The notes under the pieces are model-generated. The model did not search any database and was not told the origin of the DNA. It worked only from the letters and a program-made list of their open reading frames with translations. This document shows positions 8,706 to 16,895 of a stretch of DNA of 60,106 bases, piece by piece. The DNA is from a virus (Duplodnaviria; Caudoviricetes). The stretch covers positions 1 through 60,106 of the IMG/VR virus record IMGVR_UViG_3300027736_000049; one strand, given 5' to 3'. A program made the translations under genes and the position numbers. The stretch's first letter is position 1; every line of letters begins with the position of its first letter.

Positions 8706-9263
8706 ATGCCCCTATCGCGCGGAAAATCTCAAAAGACCATCAGCCACAACATCTCTGAGATGATTGGGTCCGGTCATCCTCGCGATCAGGCCATAGCAGC
8801 GGCCCTTAGCACCGCCCGCAAGACCAAGGCGTTTGGTGGCCATACACCCGCTTTTATGCAGAAATCTGCCCAGCCCGGCGCTGAAGTGATCCACGAGGGC
8901 CCAATCCATAGCCCCGTGTCTGGCCGCACAGATCATCTGCCCATGCACGTCGCCTCTGGCTCCTACGTCATCCCCGCCGACATCATCAGCGCGATGGGCG
9001 AGGGAAACACTATGTCCGGCTTCAAGCAGATGAAGCAGATCCTGAGTGGAGCCAAGGCCATCCCCAAAGCGTCCGGTGGCCCTGTTCGCGCCGTTCCTAT
9101 TGTGGCGGCGGGTGGTGAGTATGTCGTAACCCCCCATGAAGTGATGTGGGCGGGAGACGGCGATATGGATGCGGGACATGAAGTTTTTGATGGGTTTGTG
9201 ACGGGGATGCGCGCCAAAACCATTAAAACTCTGAAGGGGTTACCGCCCCCGAAGAAAAACTGA
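8706..9263 (+). CDS. Virion-associated protein with AxGG motifs and duplicated G(S/E)YV(I/V) motif
   Basis: GAGG RBS; KAFGG, KASGG, GRTDHLPMHVASGSYVIPADII and AAGGEYVVTP. Confidence 0.7.
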   Translation: MPLSRGKSQKTISHNISEMIGSGHPRDQAIAAALSTARKTKAFGGHTPAFMQKSAQPGAEVIHEGPIHSPVSGRTDHLPMHVASGSYVIPADIISAMGEGNTMSGFKQMKQILSGAKAIPKASGGPVRAVPIVAAGGEYVVTPHEVMWAGDGDMDAGHEVFDGFVTGMRAKTIKTLKGLPPPKKN

Positions 9264-9274
9264 GAGGGGAAAAT

Positions 9275-9766
9275 ATGAGCGACGAACTGAAAGTAAGAGT
9301 TGGAACACCGGACGACATCCATGAAGCCATGGAATTGTCCATGATGGCCTGCGCCGAAAACGGCTTCAGAAACCCAGATAAAGTCAAGCTTCTCAATGAG
9401 TTATGGCAGGCCCTTAACTTAAATTACGGCCTCATTGGCATCATCGGAAAAGAGGGTGGTCCTATGGAAGGGGCCATCCTTTTGCGTATCGGCCCAATGT
9501 GGTACAGTCATGATATGGTGTTGGAGGAAAAGGCAATTTTCATCCACCCTGATCATCGCAAGCACAGAGATGGTCGTGCGCGTAAATTGGTCGAGTTTGC
9601 CAAACAGACGGCAGATGAACTTGGTATTCCGCTTCTCATTGGAGTGCTTTCCAATGAGCGGACGGCGGGTAAGATCAGGCTATACGAGCGGCAATTAGGC
9701 AAGCCAACCGGGGCGTTTTTTCTGTATGGCGCCCAGACTGGCGAATATCCTATGACGGAGCATTAA
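9275..9766 (+). CDS. GNAT-fold acyltransferase-like protein
   Basis: IFIHPDHRKHRDGRARKLVEFAKQTA (GNAT motif A-like) and RLYER; position before ejection proteins. Confidence 0.65.
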   Translation: MSDELKVRVGTPDDIHEAMELSMMACAENGFRNPDKVKLLNELWQALNLNYGLIGIIGKEGGPMEGAILLRIGPMWYSHDMVLEEKAIFIHPDHRKHRDGRARKLVEFAKQTADELGIPLLIGVLSNERTAGKIRLYERQLGKPTGAFFLYGAQTGEYPMTEH

Positions 9767-9769
9767 GAG

Positions 9770-12700
9770 ATGAGTAATCCCCTTCTCGCTTTTCGCCGGG
9801 ACGACGACTTTAGCTTTGGCGGCGCGGCTAGGGGATTGCCTCCGGGCGTCCATTTAGAGTTCTATGGTGGTGGCGGCAAGGGGGGCTCTAGCACTCAGAC
9901 CGTCTCCATTCCTCCCGAGGTTTTGGCGCGATACAATGCCGTCAACGCCCGTGCAGAGAATGTGGCGCAGACGCCGTTTACGCCATATTCGACCGATCCT
10001 AACGCCTTTGTGGCCGGCCTTACCTCATCTCAACAGGCTGGAATTGGCAATATTAATGCCCAACAGGGGGCCGCAAATCAGGCCGTTGGCATAGGCCAAG
10101 GTCTTCAGCAGCAAGGGATTGACACTGCCCGAACTGGCCAAGGTCAGGCCAACGCTATCAATCAAACTGCTTTGCAAGGCATTAGTCAGGCACAGCAGCA
10201 GGGAACCGCTTATAATCAGGCCGCGGGCAAGAACATTGGCAACGCTATGTCTTCGGCTGCGCCCTACATGCAGCAAATGGCTGGCCTTACGCAGGCTGGT
10301 CTTGGGCAGGGCCAGCAATACCTTGGCGGGGCTACCGATCTGACACAACAGGCCATTCAGACCGGCCAACAGTACGCCAACAAGGCGGAACCCTATTACA
10401 CCGGCGCTTTGCAGGCTGGACAGCCCCTGAACCAACAGGCGCAGCGATACATGCAGGCCGGGACGCAGGCGGTAAACCCGAATGCGCTGGATTACGGTCA
10501 GTACATGAACCCGTACATGAGCGACGTGGTTCAGGCCCAGCAAGCCCTTCAGGCGCAGGAAAACGCTCAACAGCGTTCCGCCTTGCAGGGTAAGGCTATT
10601 CAGTCAGGTGCGTTTGGCGGCGACCGTGCCGGTATTGAGCAGGCCAATTTGGCTCGCCAACAGAGCCTTGCCAATCAGGCGACAATGGCCAATCTGCTTC
10701 AGTCTGGCTATGGGCAGGCTCAGGCCGCTGCACAGCAGCAGCAGGGCGTGGGTCTTGGCGCTGCTCAAGCTAATCGTGCGGCCCAGCAGGCTGCGGCCCA
10801 ACAAGCTGCGGCGCTTGGTCAACAACAATACGCCCAGCAGCTTGGCGTGGGAACTGGCCTTTCGGCTCTTGGTCAGCAGCAGTATGGACAGGCCCTTGGC
10901 ACTGGCTCGCAGCTCGGCACATTGGGCCAGCAGGGCTACACACAGAACCTTGGCGCTGGTGCGCAACTGGGTCAGGTCGGCCAGAACCTGTATGCACAAA
11001 ATATCGGTCAGGGTCAGGCCATTCAGGGTCTTGGCAATCAACAGTTTACGCAGGGGCTTCAGGGCTCTCAGGCGGCGTCTGGCATTGGCCAGAGCATCTT
11101 TGGCAATGCCGCCCAGACCGCTGGCATTCAGCAGGCTGGCGGCATGAACACCGCCAACCTTGGCCTCCAGAACCAAGCCGCACAGATTGCCGCCGCGCAG
11201 GCTCAGATGGCCGCTGGTCAGCAGCAGCAACAGACTGAACAGGCTGGCAAGACGGCGCTCTACAACCAATTCTTGCAACAGCAGGGCTACCCCTTCCAGA
11301 TCGCGCAGTTCCTTGCCAATATCGCGATGGGCACTGGCGCTCTGTCAGGCTCCACAACAAGCGCCGCCCGTACAGGGCAGCGCGGTGGTCGCATGGGCGA
11401 TGGTTATGCTTCTGGCGGGCTTGTGCCTGATAGTCAGGGCGGCGCGGTTTATGAGCCGGGCCTGTACGAGCGCGGCGGCTATGCCAGTGGCGGCAAGATG
11501 GGTCCTGATTTTGCGCTTGGCAGTGATAATGATGGTAATGAGGTTTGGACTAATCTCGCTACAGGCCGAGCCGTTGACGCAATCAATGACCCTGAATTTT
11601 TGGCGTGGCGCGCAAATGGCAATGTGCCCGTGGGGAATAAAAAGACGGCACCAACAACAAGTTCTGCTGGGTTGGCTGGAACATCTAATTATGACCAAAT
11701 TGTCCGTAACGCCTATGGGCAAATTGGCCGTAAGGATTTTGGCACTGCCGCCAGTAACATTGATGAGGGCGGCTACAACTATTGGATGAACCAACTGAAC
11801 TCAGGAACCATCACGCCTGATCAGTTTAATGCACAATTTACGAAAGAGGGGCAGGCGTATAATGCCGCCAATCCGAAATCTGATGTAGCAAAACTGACGC
11901 AGCCAGTCATGCAATCCAATGCAGATTTTCGTAGTGTCGGCGGGCTTGATCCAGACATTGCGGACGCATTTAAAGAGGCTGTTGGCAGAGATATTGATGG
12001 GGCTTCCGCCCGCAAATATCAGGCTATGAAGGATGCTGGTTTGAGCTTGGATCAAATCACATACAACATCGCAAATTCCCAGCCAGCGAAATTGAAAGCG
12101 GGCGATGTTGACGCCCTCAAGGGCCCATCGCTTGCTTACGATGCCTCCAAGTTCTCCCAGCCAGTTGCCCCTGTTCGCAATCAGTATGGCGCGTTTTCTG
12201 CGGGTGATTTTACAGGTTTAACGCCTCAACAATCGCAGGTCATTAACGCCTATTCGGCGGTTGGTCGGACCCCCGGCAGTCGATATGCTCCTTCGCAAAA
12301 TGAGTTGAACTATTGGACAGGCCAAATGTCTTCTGGCGCAATTGCGCCGGGAGAATTTGGTAATACGTTTAATCAAGCTGTTCAAAGCAATATGGCGCAA
12401 AATCCCAATGCGCCTCTTACGCAGTACATTAATAATTACATGAACCAGCCCATTGGTGGCTATGGTCAGCCGCAGGGTGGTGGTTATAGCGGTGGCCTTG
12501 GTGGTTATGGCCAGCCGCAGGGCTATGGCAATATGTCTGCCATACAGGGTGGATATGGTGGTTATGGCGGCGGGTTTGGGGGTTATGGCGGCGGCATGAT
12601 GGGCGGTTACGGCCAGCCCAGCAACTACGGTATGCCTAACTTTGGCTCATCGCCGCAGTATGGCGGCGCTCCTGACTATGCCGGTGCTATGCAGTATGGT

Positions 12701-15700
12701 GGGATGAGTGCGCAGTATGGGATGCCGCAGGGCTATGGGATGCAGCAGCAGGGCTACGGGATGCCGCAGCAGCAACAGTATCAGCAGCAACAGTATCAGC
12801 AACAGCCGCAATACCAGCAATATCAGCCGCCTATGCAGTCCACGCCTGCCATCCCGCAGGGCGTTTTGGATCGTTATAACGCGACAAATGGTCAACAGGC
12901 CGCTCCCACCGCCACCGGCAAGGGCGCTGCACCTGCTATGGGCACTGACGGTTTGGCTGGCTCCACAACAACCGCGCAGACTACTGCCGCCCCAACGGCA
13001 ACTGGCAAGGGCGCAAGTTCGCCGTCAACTGCCACCGGCAAGGGAGCGTCTGGCATGGCGGGCGGTGGCCGTGCGGGCTTTGCTGACGGTGGTCGGGCGG
13101 GGTATGCCGCTGGCGGCGGAGACCCATCCAGCATACTTCGTGGCCTTATCAGCCAGTACGATCCCGGCGATCCGCAGGGTTTGGTGGCTAGGCAAGCGGC
13201 TATGTTTGCTGGCGCTCCGGGCGCTGGCGCTGCTGGCTATGTGCCGCCCACGCAAAGCATGGCAGGCCAGCGTCAGATGCTTCAGCCGCAGGCAAGCATT
13301 CTTCCGCAACAGCAGAGCGGCATTTCGCAAGCGGCTGCGACCGGCACTAGCATCGCCAGTTTGGGTGAGGCTGGTGGTAAGCTCTATAGCAAAATGACCA
13401 GCAAGCCCGGTACGGACACGGCTGCTGACACTTTTAAAGAAGGTTTTGGCAACTTTGCTGATAAAACCAAAAACTTCTTTGGGTTTGGCGAAGCGGCAGG
13501 TGGTCGCATAGGCTACGCCTTGCAGGGCGGTATCCCTTATTCGCAAGGCGCTGACCCGAACAAAGACCCTTCGCGCGTGGGCTACATGGGGATGCTGGAC
13601 TTGCAGCAGCCCATCGACCCGACGCAAGCGTTCAACGCCCAGAAGGCCGGGCAGATGCCCAGCGTTCATCAGGCGTCTAACCCGCTCGTGCAGGGCGCTC
13701 AGGCTGTGAATGCGCTCAACAGTGGGGCCAAGACCCTCAAAAGTGCTGGCGAGTTCCTTGGAATTGGCAAGACAGCCCCAGATATGGGCTCCTTGGCGAA
13801 TGCGCCACTGCCAATGGCTCGCCCTGAAGGTCTTGGCGCTGCCGCCCCTGAGATGGGCTCTCTATCAAACGCGCCGCTTCCGATGGCGCGTCCCGAAGGT
13901 CTTGGGGCACTTGTGTCTGAAAGCGCCCCCGCAGCCGCTGCGCCTGCCCTTGAGGCCGGTGCTGTTCAGGCTGCCGCCTCGCCCGTCCTTGGCGAAATGA
14001 TTGGCGCTGGCGCTGCCCCTGCGGTGGCTGAAGCTGCTTCACTTACAGCTCTCGGTGAGGGTGCTGCCGCCATGGGCGCGGAGATGTTTGCGGGCTTGGC
14101 GGCTGGCGCTGGCAGTGCGTTGGAATTTCTCCCGTTCCTTTTCCTGAAGACAGGCGGTCGCGTCGGCAAGGCTGGCGGCGGTTCCCTTGTGGACCCCAGC
14201 AATCCCCAAGATCAGGCGATGGCGAAATCTTTCGACAATCTGCTCCAGCGTTACGACAACAACCCGCTCCTCGCCGCTGCGGCGATGGACGTTGGCACCA
14301 AGGTCGTTGACGCCGCCATCCAGAAGGCCGAGCAGACTGGAGGCGACATCACTGACTTCCTGCCCCGCAGGACGCAGGAGTACATGTTTGCCCTGTCCAA
14401 GGCCGCTATGGGCGCGCATGACGCCATGAGCCGCCCTGCCCGTGCGGCGGGTGGGCGGACGGGGTATGCGTTGCCGGGCTTCGTGAATGACGAGCCTACT
14501 GGCCTTGCACCTGCGCCGTCTGACGCTATGACCATGGGCGATGTGGCTGGTGGGCTCTCGCCTGAGCCTACTGTGCAAGTTGCTGAACTGAAGAACCCGG
14601 ACATTCTTCGCGCATTGCGTGGGTCTGAAGGGGCCAATGGCAACCCGGAAGCCAAGAACCCCAACTCAACGGCTGGTGGTTTGTACCAATACCTTGACAG
14701 CACTTGGCAAAAACAAGCTCCCCTTGCCGGTGTGGACATTAAACAATACCCCACGGCTAGGTCTGCCCCTGCGGACATCCAGCACCAAGTGGCCGACGCC
14801 AATGTCAGCAGCATCTTGGAGCAGAACAAGGGTAATGTGCAGGCCGTCCCTCATCTTTGGTATTCGGGCAACCCCGAAGGCAAACTGAGCCCCGAAGGCC
14901 TTGCGGCTAACAAAGGGTTCACGCAAGAGCAATATAATCAACGGTTCTTCAAAAAACTTGAGCCCGGTGCGCCTGAAGGCAAGCCTGTTCAAGTTGCTGG
15001 CCTCAACCCTTCCAAGACTGACGCTGGCTCGCTCAGTGACATTGGAAAGACCATTTCCGACTCCGTTCCTACCAGCAGCAGCTTCTGGGTTCCGCTGATT
15101 GCGGGCCTTGGCACCATGTTGGCCTCTGACAAGTATCGCTTCTCGCAGCGCATTGGTGAGGGCCTTGTGGGCGGTGCGGCTGCGTTTGGTAAGCAGCAAG
15201 AGTTCGGGTTGAGTAAGGAAAAACTGGCGCAGGAAGAGGCGTTGCGTAAACAAGGATTTGGGCTCCAACAGCAACAGATTGGTTTGACTGAGCGTGAAGT
15301 TGCGCTCAAGGAGGCTGAGAGCAAACGTAGGATTGAAGCAGCCAAAGCTGCCGCTGCGGCATTAAGTGGAAATGTTGCGCCGGTGCAACCTTCTGCCCCT
15401 GTTCCGACAGCCAAAACTACGGTTGCCCCTCCCTCTGTTGGCGGTGCACAGCCAAGCAATCCCAATAATGCAGCGCCAGCAATTCCTCCGGCTGGCGGTC
15501 TTGTGCCTCCTCCGGTTGAAGATAAGGATAAAACCCCAGCGGCTCCTATCCCGGCTCCTAACAGCAAATTCTGGGAAAATGTGGACCCTCAGTCCAATCC
15601 GCATAACCTATTAGCTTTGGCGGATAGGTTCGATCAAGCTGCCGTTGCGTCTGCTGAAGATCCATCATCAATGGCTGCCTATCGCGCTTCTGCTCAACAG

Positions 15701-16894
15701 TACCGGGCGCAAGCAAGTGCTATTCGCCTGAGCGGCATAGTCACGATGAAGGATCAGTCAACAGCCTCAATGCCCGGCTTCAATGAAGCCAAGGCAGCGC
15801 AGGCTGCTGCGCTTAAGCAAGCGGAATTGAACGTTACAACTTCGCCAGAAGCCCGCGCTGCCGAAGTTGAAAAACAACGTCTTCTTGAAGAAGAGAAACA
15901 GCGTTATGCCCCCTTCGAAGACAATGAGGGTAATCAATGGCGTCGGGCAGCGCCAAGCGACACGCCAGTTCAAATGGCTGCGGCCCCCAACACCACTGCC
16001 GCTGCTGGTGAGCCGGTGAAGGCGTCTCTTGATCCAAAGACAGCGCGAGTTAATAATGTCATCCCGGCACCTCCTGTTGGTGGTGGTATCCCACAAGCTA
16101 TTCCCCCGCGCGAAGGTCTCGTTCTTGCGAAGTCGGCTGGTCTTTCGCCTGCCGCCAAAGCAAATGACCAAAAGTTTTCAGAAGAATTCCCCGGAAAATT
16201 GCATAATGCAATTGAAGGCGAAGAAGCCATGCAAACTGTGGCGCAGGCTTTCAAACTCTTTACTTCCAATGTTGTTGCCGAAAAACTTCAGGGATACGCG
16301 CTTTTGGCAAGGGCCATCGGAATGCCTGACAGTGTTGTGGAGGCTGTTGCAGGGGGCGACCCTGCGGCCATGCAGCGCGTTGATAAGGAAGCTGTACCTT
16401 CCGTTATTGGCATTCTGAAAGAAGGTGCAAGCCGGTTTGGGCAGCAAGAATTTATGGTTACGCAGAAAACTGCCGTTGCATCCAAAACGGCTGACCCCAA
16501 GGCAAATCATGCCCTTGTCGGCGAGTTGATGGGCAAGGCTCAGTGGAACAAACAATTCCTCACTGATTGGGATAAGGCCAAGGACGAGGGATGGCGTAGC
16601 CCGTCTGCGTTCTTTGCCTCATGGTCTCAGGCCAATCCGCTCAATACCTACATCCTCTCTGCTACCAAGCAGATTGGAAACTTCAGTGGGATGGATCTTC
16701 CCAAAGATCCAAATGCCTATGTGGAAGGGGCTATTTACGTTGCACCCGAAAGATTTGGTACTCCTGCACTAGAAAAATATTTTGGGTCTATCGGGGTGAA
16801 GCCGGGTCAATTGTTCAAGTACAATGGGCCCAATAATCTTCAACCTATAGCCAAAGAAGATTATTACACGGCGCATTTGACCGGGAGGCGATAA
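9770..16894 (+). CDS. Giant internal virion / DNA ejection protein with lytic transglycosylase-like domain
   Basis: 2374 aa; Gln/Ala/Gly-rich N-terminal region; SEGANGNPEAKNPNSTAGGLYQYLDSTW lysozyme-like motif near 14620-14710. Confidence 0.75.
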   Translation: MSNPLLAFRRDDDFSFGGAARGLPPGVHLEFYGGGGKGGSSTQTVSIPPEVLARYNAVNARAENVAQTPFTPYSTDPNAFVAGLTSSQQAGIGNINAQQGAANQAVGIGQGLQQQGIDTARTGQGQANAINQTALQGISQAQQQGTAYNQAAGKNIGNAMSSAAPYMQQMAGLTQAGLGQGQQYLGGATDLTQQAIQTGQQYANKAEPYYTGALQAGQPLNQQAQRYMQAGTQAVNPNALDYGQYMNPYMSDVVQAQQALQAQENAQQRSALQGKAIQSGAFGGDRAGIEQANLARQQSLANQATMANLLQSGYGQAQAAAQQQQGVGLGAAQANRAAQQAAAQQAAALGQQQYAQQLGVGTGLSALGQQQYGQALGTGSQLGTLGQQGYTQNLGAGAQLGQVGQNLYAQNIGQGQAIQGLGNQQFTQGLQGSQAASGIGQSIFGNAAQTAGIQQAGGMNTANLGLQNQAAQIAAAQAQMAAGQQQQQTEQAGKTALYNQFLQQQGYPFQIAQFLANIAMGTGALSGSTTSAARTGQRGGRMGDGYASGGLVPDSQGGAVYEPGLYERGGYASGGKMGPDFALGSDNDGNEVWTNLATGRAVDAINDPEFLAWRANGNVPVGNKKTAPTTSSAGLAGTSNYDQIVRNAYGQIGRKDFGTAASNIDEGGYNYWMNQLNSGTITPDQFNAQFTKEGQAYNAANPKSDVAKLTQPVMQSNADFRSVGGLDPDIADAFKEAVGRDIDGASARKYQAMKDAGLSLDQITYNIANSQPAKLKAGDVDALKGPSLAYDASKFSQPVAPVRNQYGAFSAGDFTGLTPQQSQVINAYSAVGRTPGSRYAPSQNELNYWTGQMSSGAIAPGEFGNTFNQAVQSNMAQNPNAPLTQYINNYMNQPIGGYGQPQGGGYSGGLGGYGQPQGYGNMSAIQGGYGGYGGGFGGYGGGMMGGYGQPSNYGMPNFGSSPQYGGAPDYAGAMQYGGMSAQYGMPQGYGMQQQGYGMPQQQQYQQQQYQQQPQYQQYQPPMQSTPAIPQGVLDRYNATNGQQAAPTATGKGAAPAMGTDGLAGSTTTAQTTAAPTATGKGASSPSTATGKGASGMAGGGRAGFADGGRAGYAAGGGDPSSILRGLISQYDPGDPQGLVARQAAMFAGAPGAGAAGYVPPTQSMAGQRQMLQPQASILPQQQSGISQAAATGTSIASLGEAGGKLYSKMTSKPGTDTAADTFKEGFGNFADKTKNFFGFGEAAGGRIGYALQGGIPYSQGADPNKDPSRVGYMGMLDLQQPIDPTQAFNAQKAGQMPSVHQASNPLVQGAQAVNALNSGAKTLKSAGEFLGIGKTAPDMGSLANAPLPMARPEGLGAAAPEMGSLSNAPLPMARPEGLGALVSESAPAAAAPALEAGAVQAAASPVLGEMIGAGAAPAVAEAASLTALGEGAAAMGAEMFAGLAAGAGSALEFLPFLFLKTGGRVGKAGGGSLVDPSNPQDQAMAKSFDNLLQRYDNNPLLAAAAMDVGTKVVDAAIQKAEQTGGDITDFLPRRTQEYMFALSKAAMGAHDAMSRPARAAGGRTGYALPGFVNDEPTGLAPAPSDAMTMGDVAGGLSPEPTVQVAELKNPDILRALRGSEGANGNPEAKNPNSTAGGLYQYLDSTWQKQAPLAGVDIKQYPTARSAPADIQHQVADANVSSILEQNKGNVQAVPHLWYSGNPEGKLSPEGLAANKGFTQEQYNQRFFKKLEPGAPEGKPVQVAGLNPSKTDAGSLSDIGKTISDSVPTSSSFWVPLIAGLGTMLASDKYRFSQRIGEGLVGGAAAFGKQQEFGLSKEKLAQEEALRKQGFGLQQQQIGLTEREVALKEAESKRRIEAAKAAAAALSGNVAPVQPSAPVPTAKTTVAPPSVGGAQPSNPNNAAPAIPPAGGLVPPPVEDKDKTPAAPIPAPNSKFWENVDPQSNPHNLLALADRFDQAAVASAEDPSSMAAYRASAQQYRAQASAIRLSGIVTMKDQSTASMPGFNEAKAAQAAALKQAELNVTTSPEARAAEVEKQRLLEEEKQRYAPFEDNEGNQWRRAAPSDTPVQMAAAPNTTAAAGEPVKASLDPKTARVNNVIPAPPVGGGIPQAIPPREGLVLAKSAGLSPAAKANDQKFSEEFPGKLHNAIEGEEAMQTVAQAFKLFTSNVVAEKLQGYALLARAIGMPDSVVEAVAGGDPAAMQRVDKEAVPSVIGILKEGASRFGQQEFMVTQKTAVASKTADPKANHALVGELMGKAQWNKQFLTDWDKAKDEGWRSPSAFFASWSQANPLNTYILSATKQIGNFSGMDLPKDPNAYVEGAIYVAPERFGTPALEKYFGSIGVKPGQLFKYNGPNNLQPIAKEDYYTAHLTGRR
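12902..13050 (+). repeat. Three copies of peptide repeat (P/S)TATGKGA within the giant protein
   Basis: APTATGKGA, APTATGKGA, PSTATGKGA in translation. Confidence 0.8.
13774..13910 (+). repeat. Tandem duplication of a 22-aa unit within the giant protein
   Basis: APDMGSLANAPLPMARPEGLGA followed by APEMGSLSNAPLPMARPEGLGA. Confidence 0.85.
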
Positions 16895-16895
16895 G

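Noticed and set aside
9770-16894. Tape measure protein call
   Set aside because: No tail tube, sheath or frameshifting chaperone genes recognised; context fits podovirus-type ejection proteins better.
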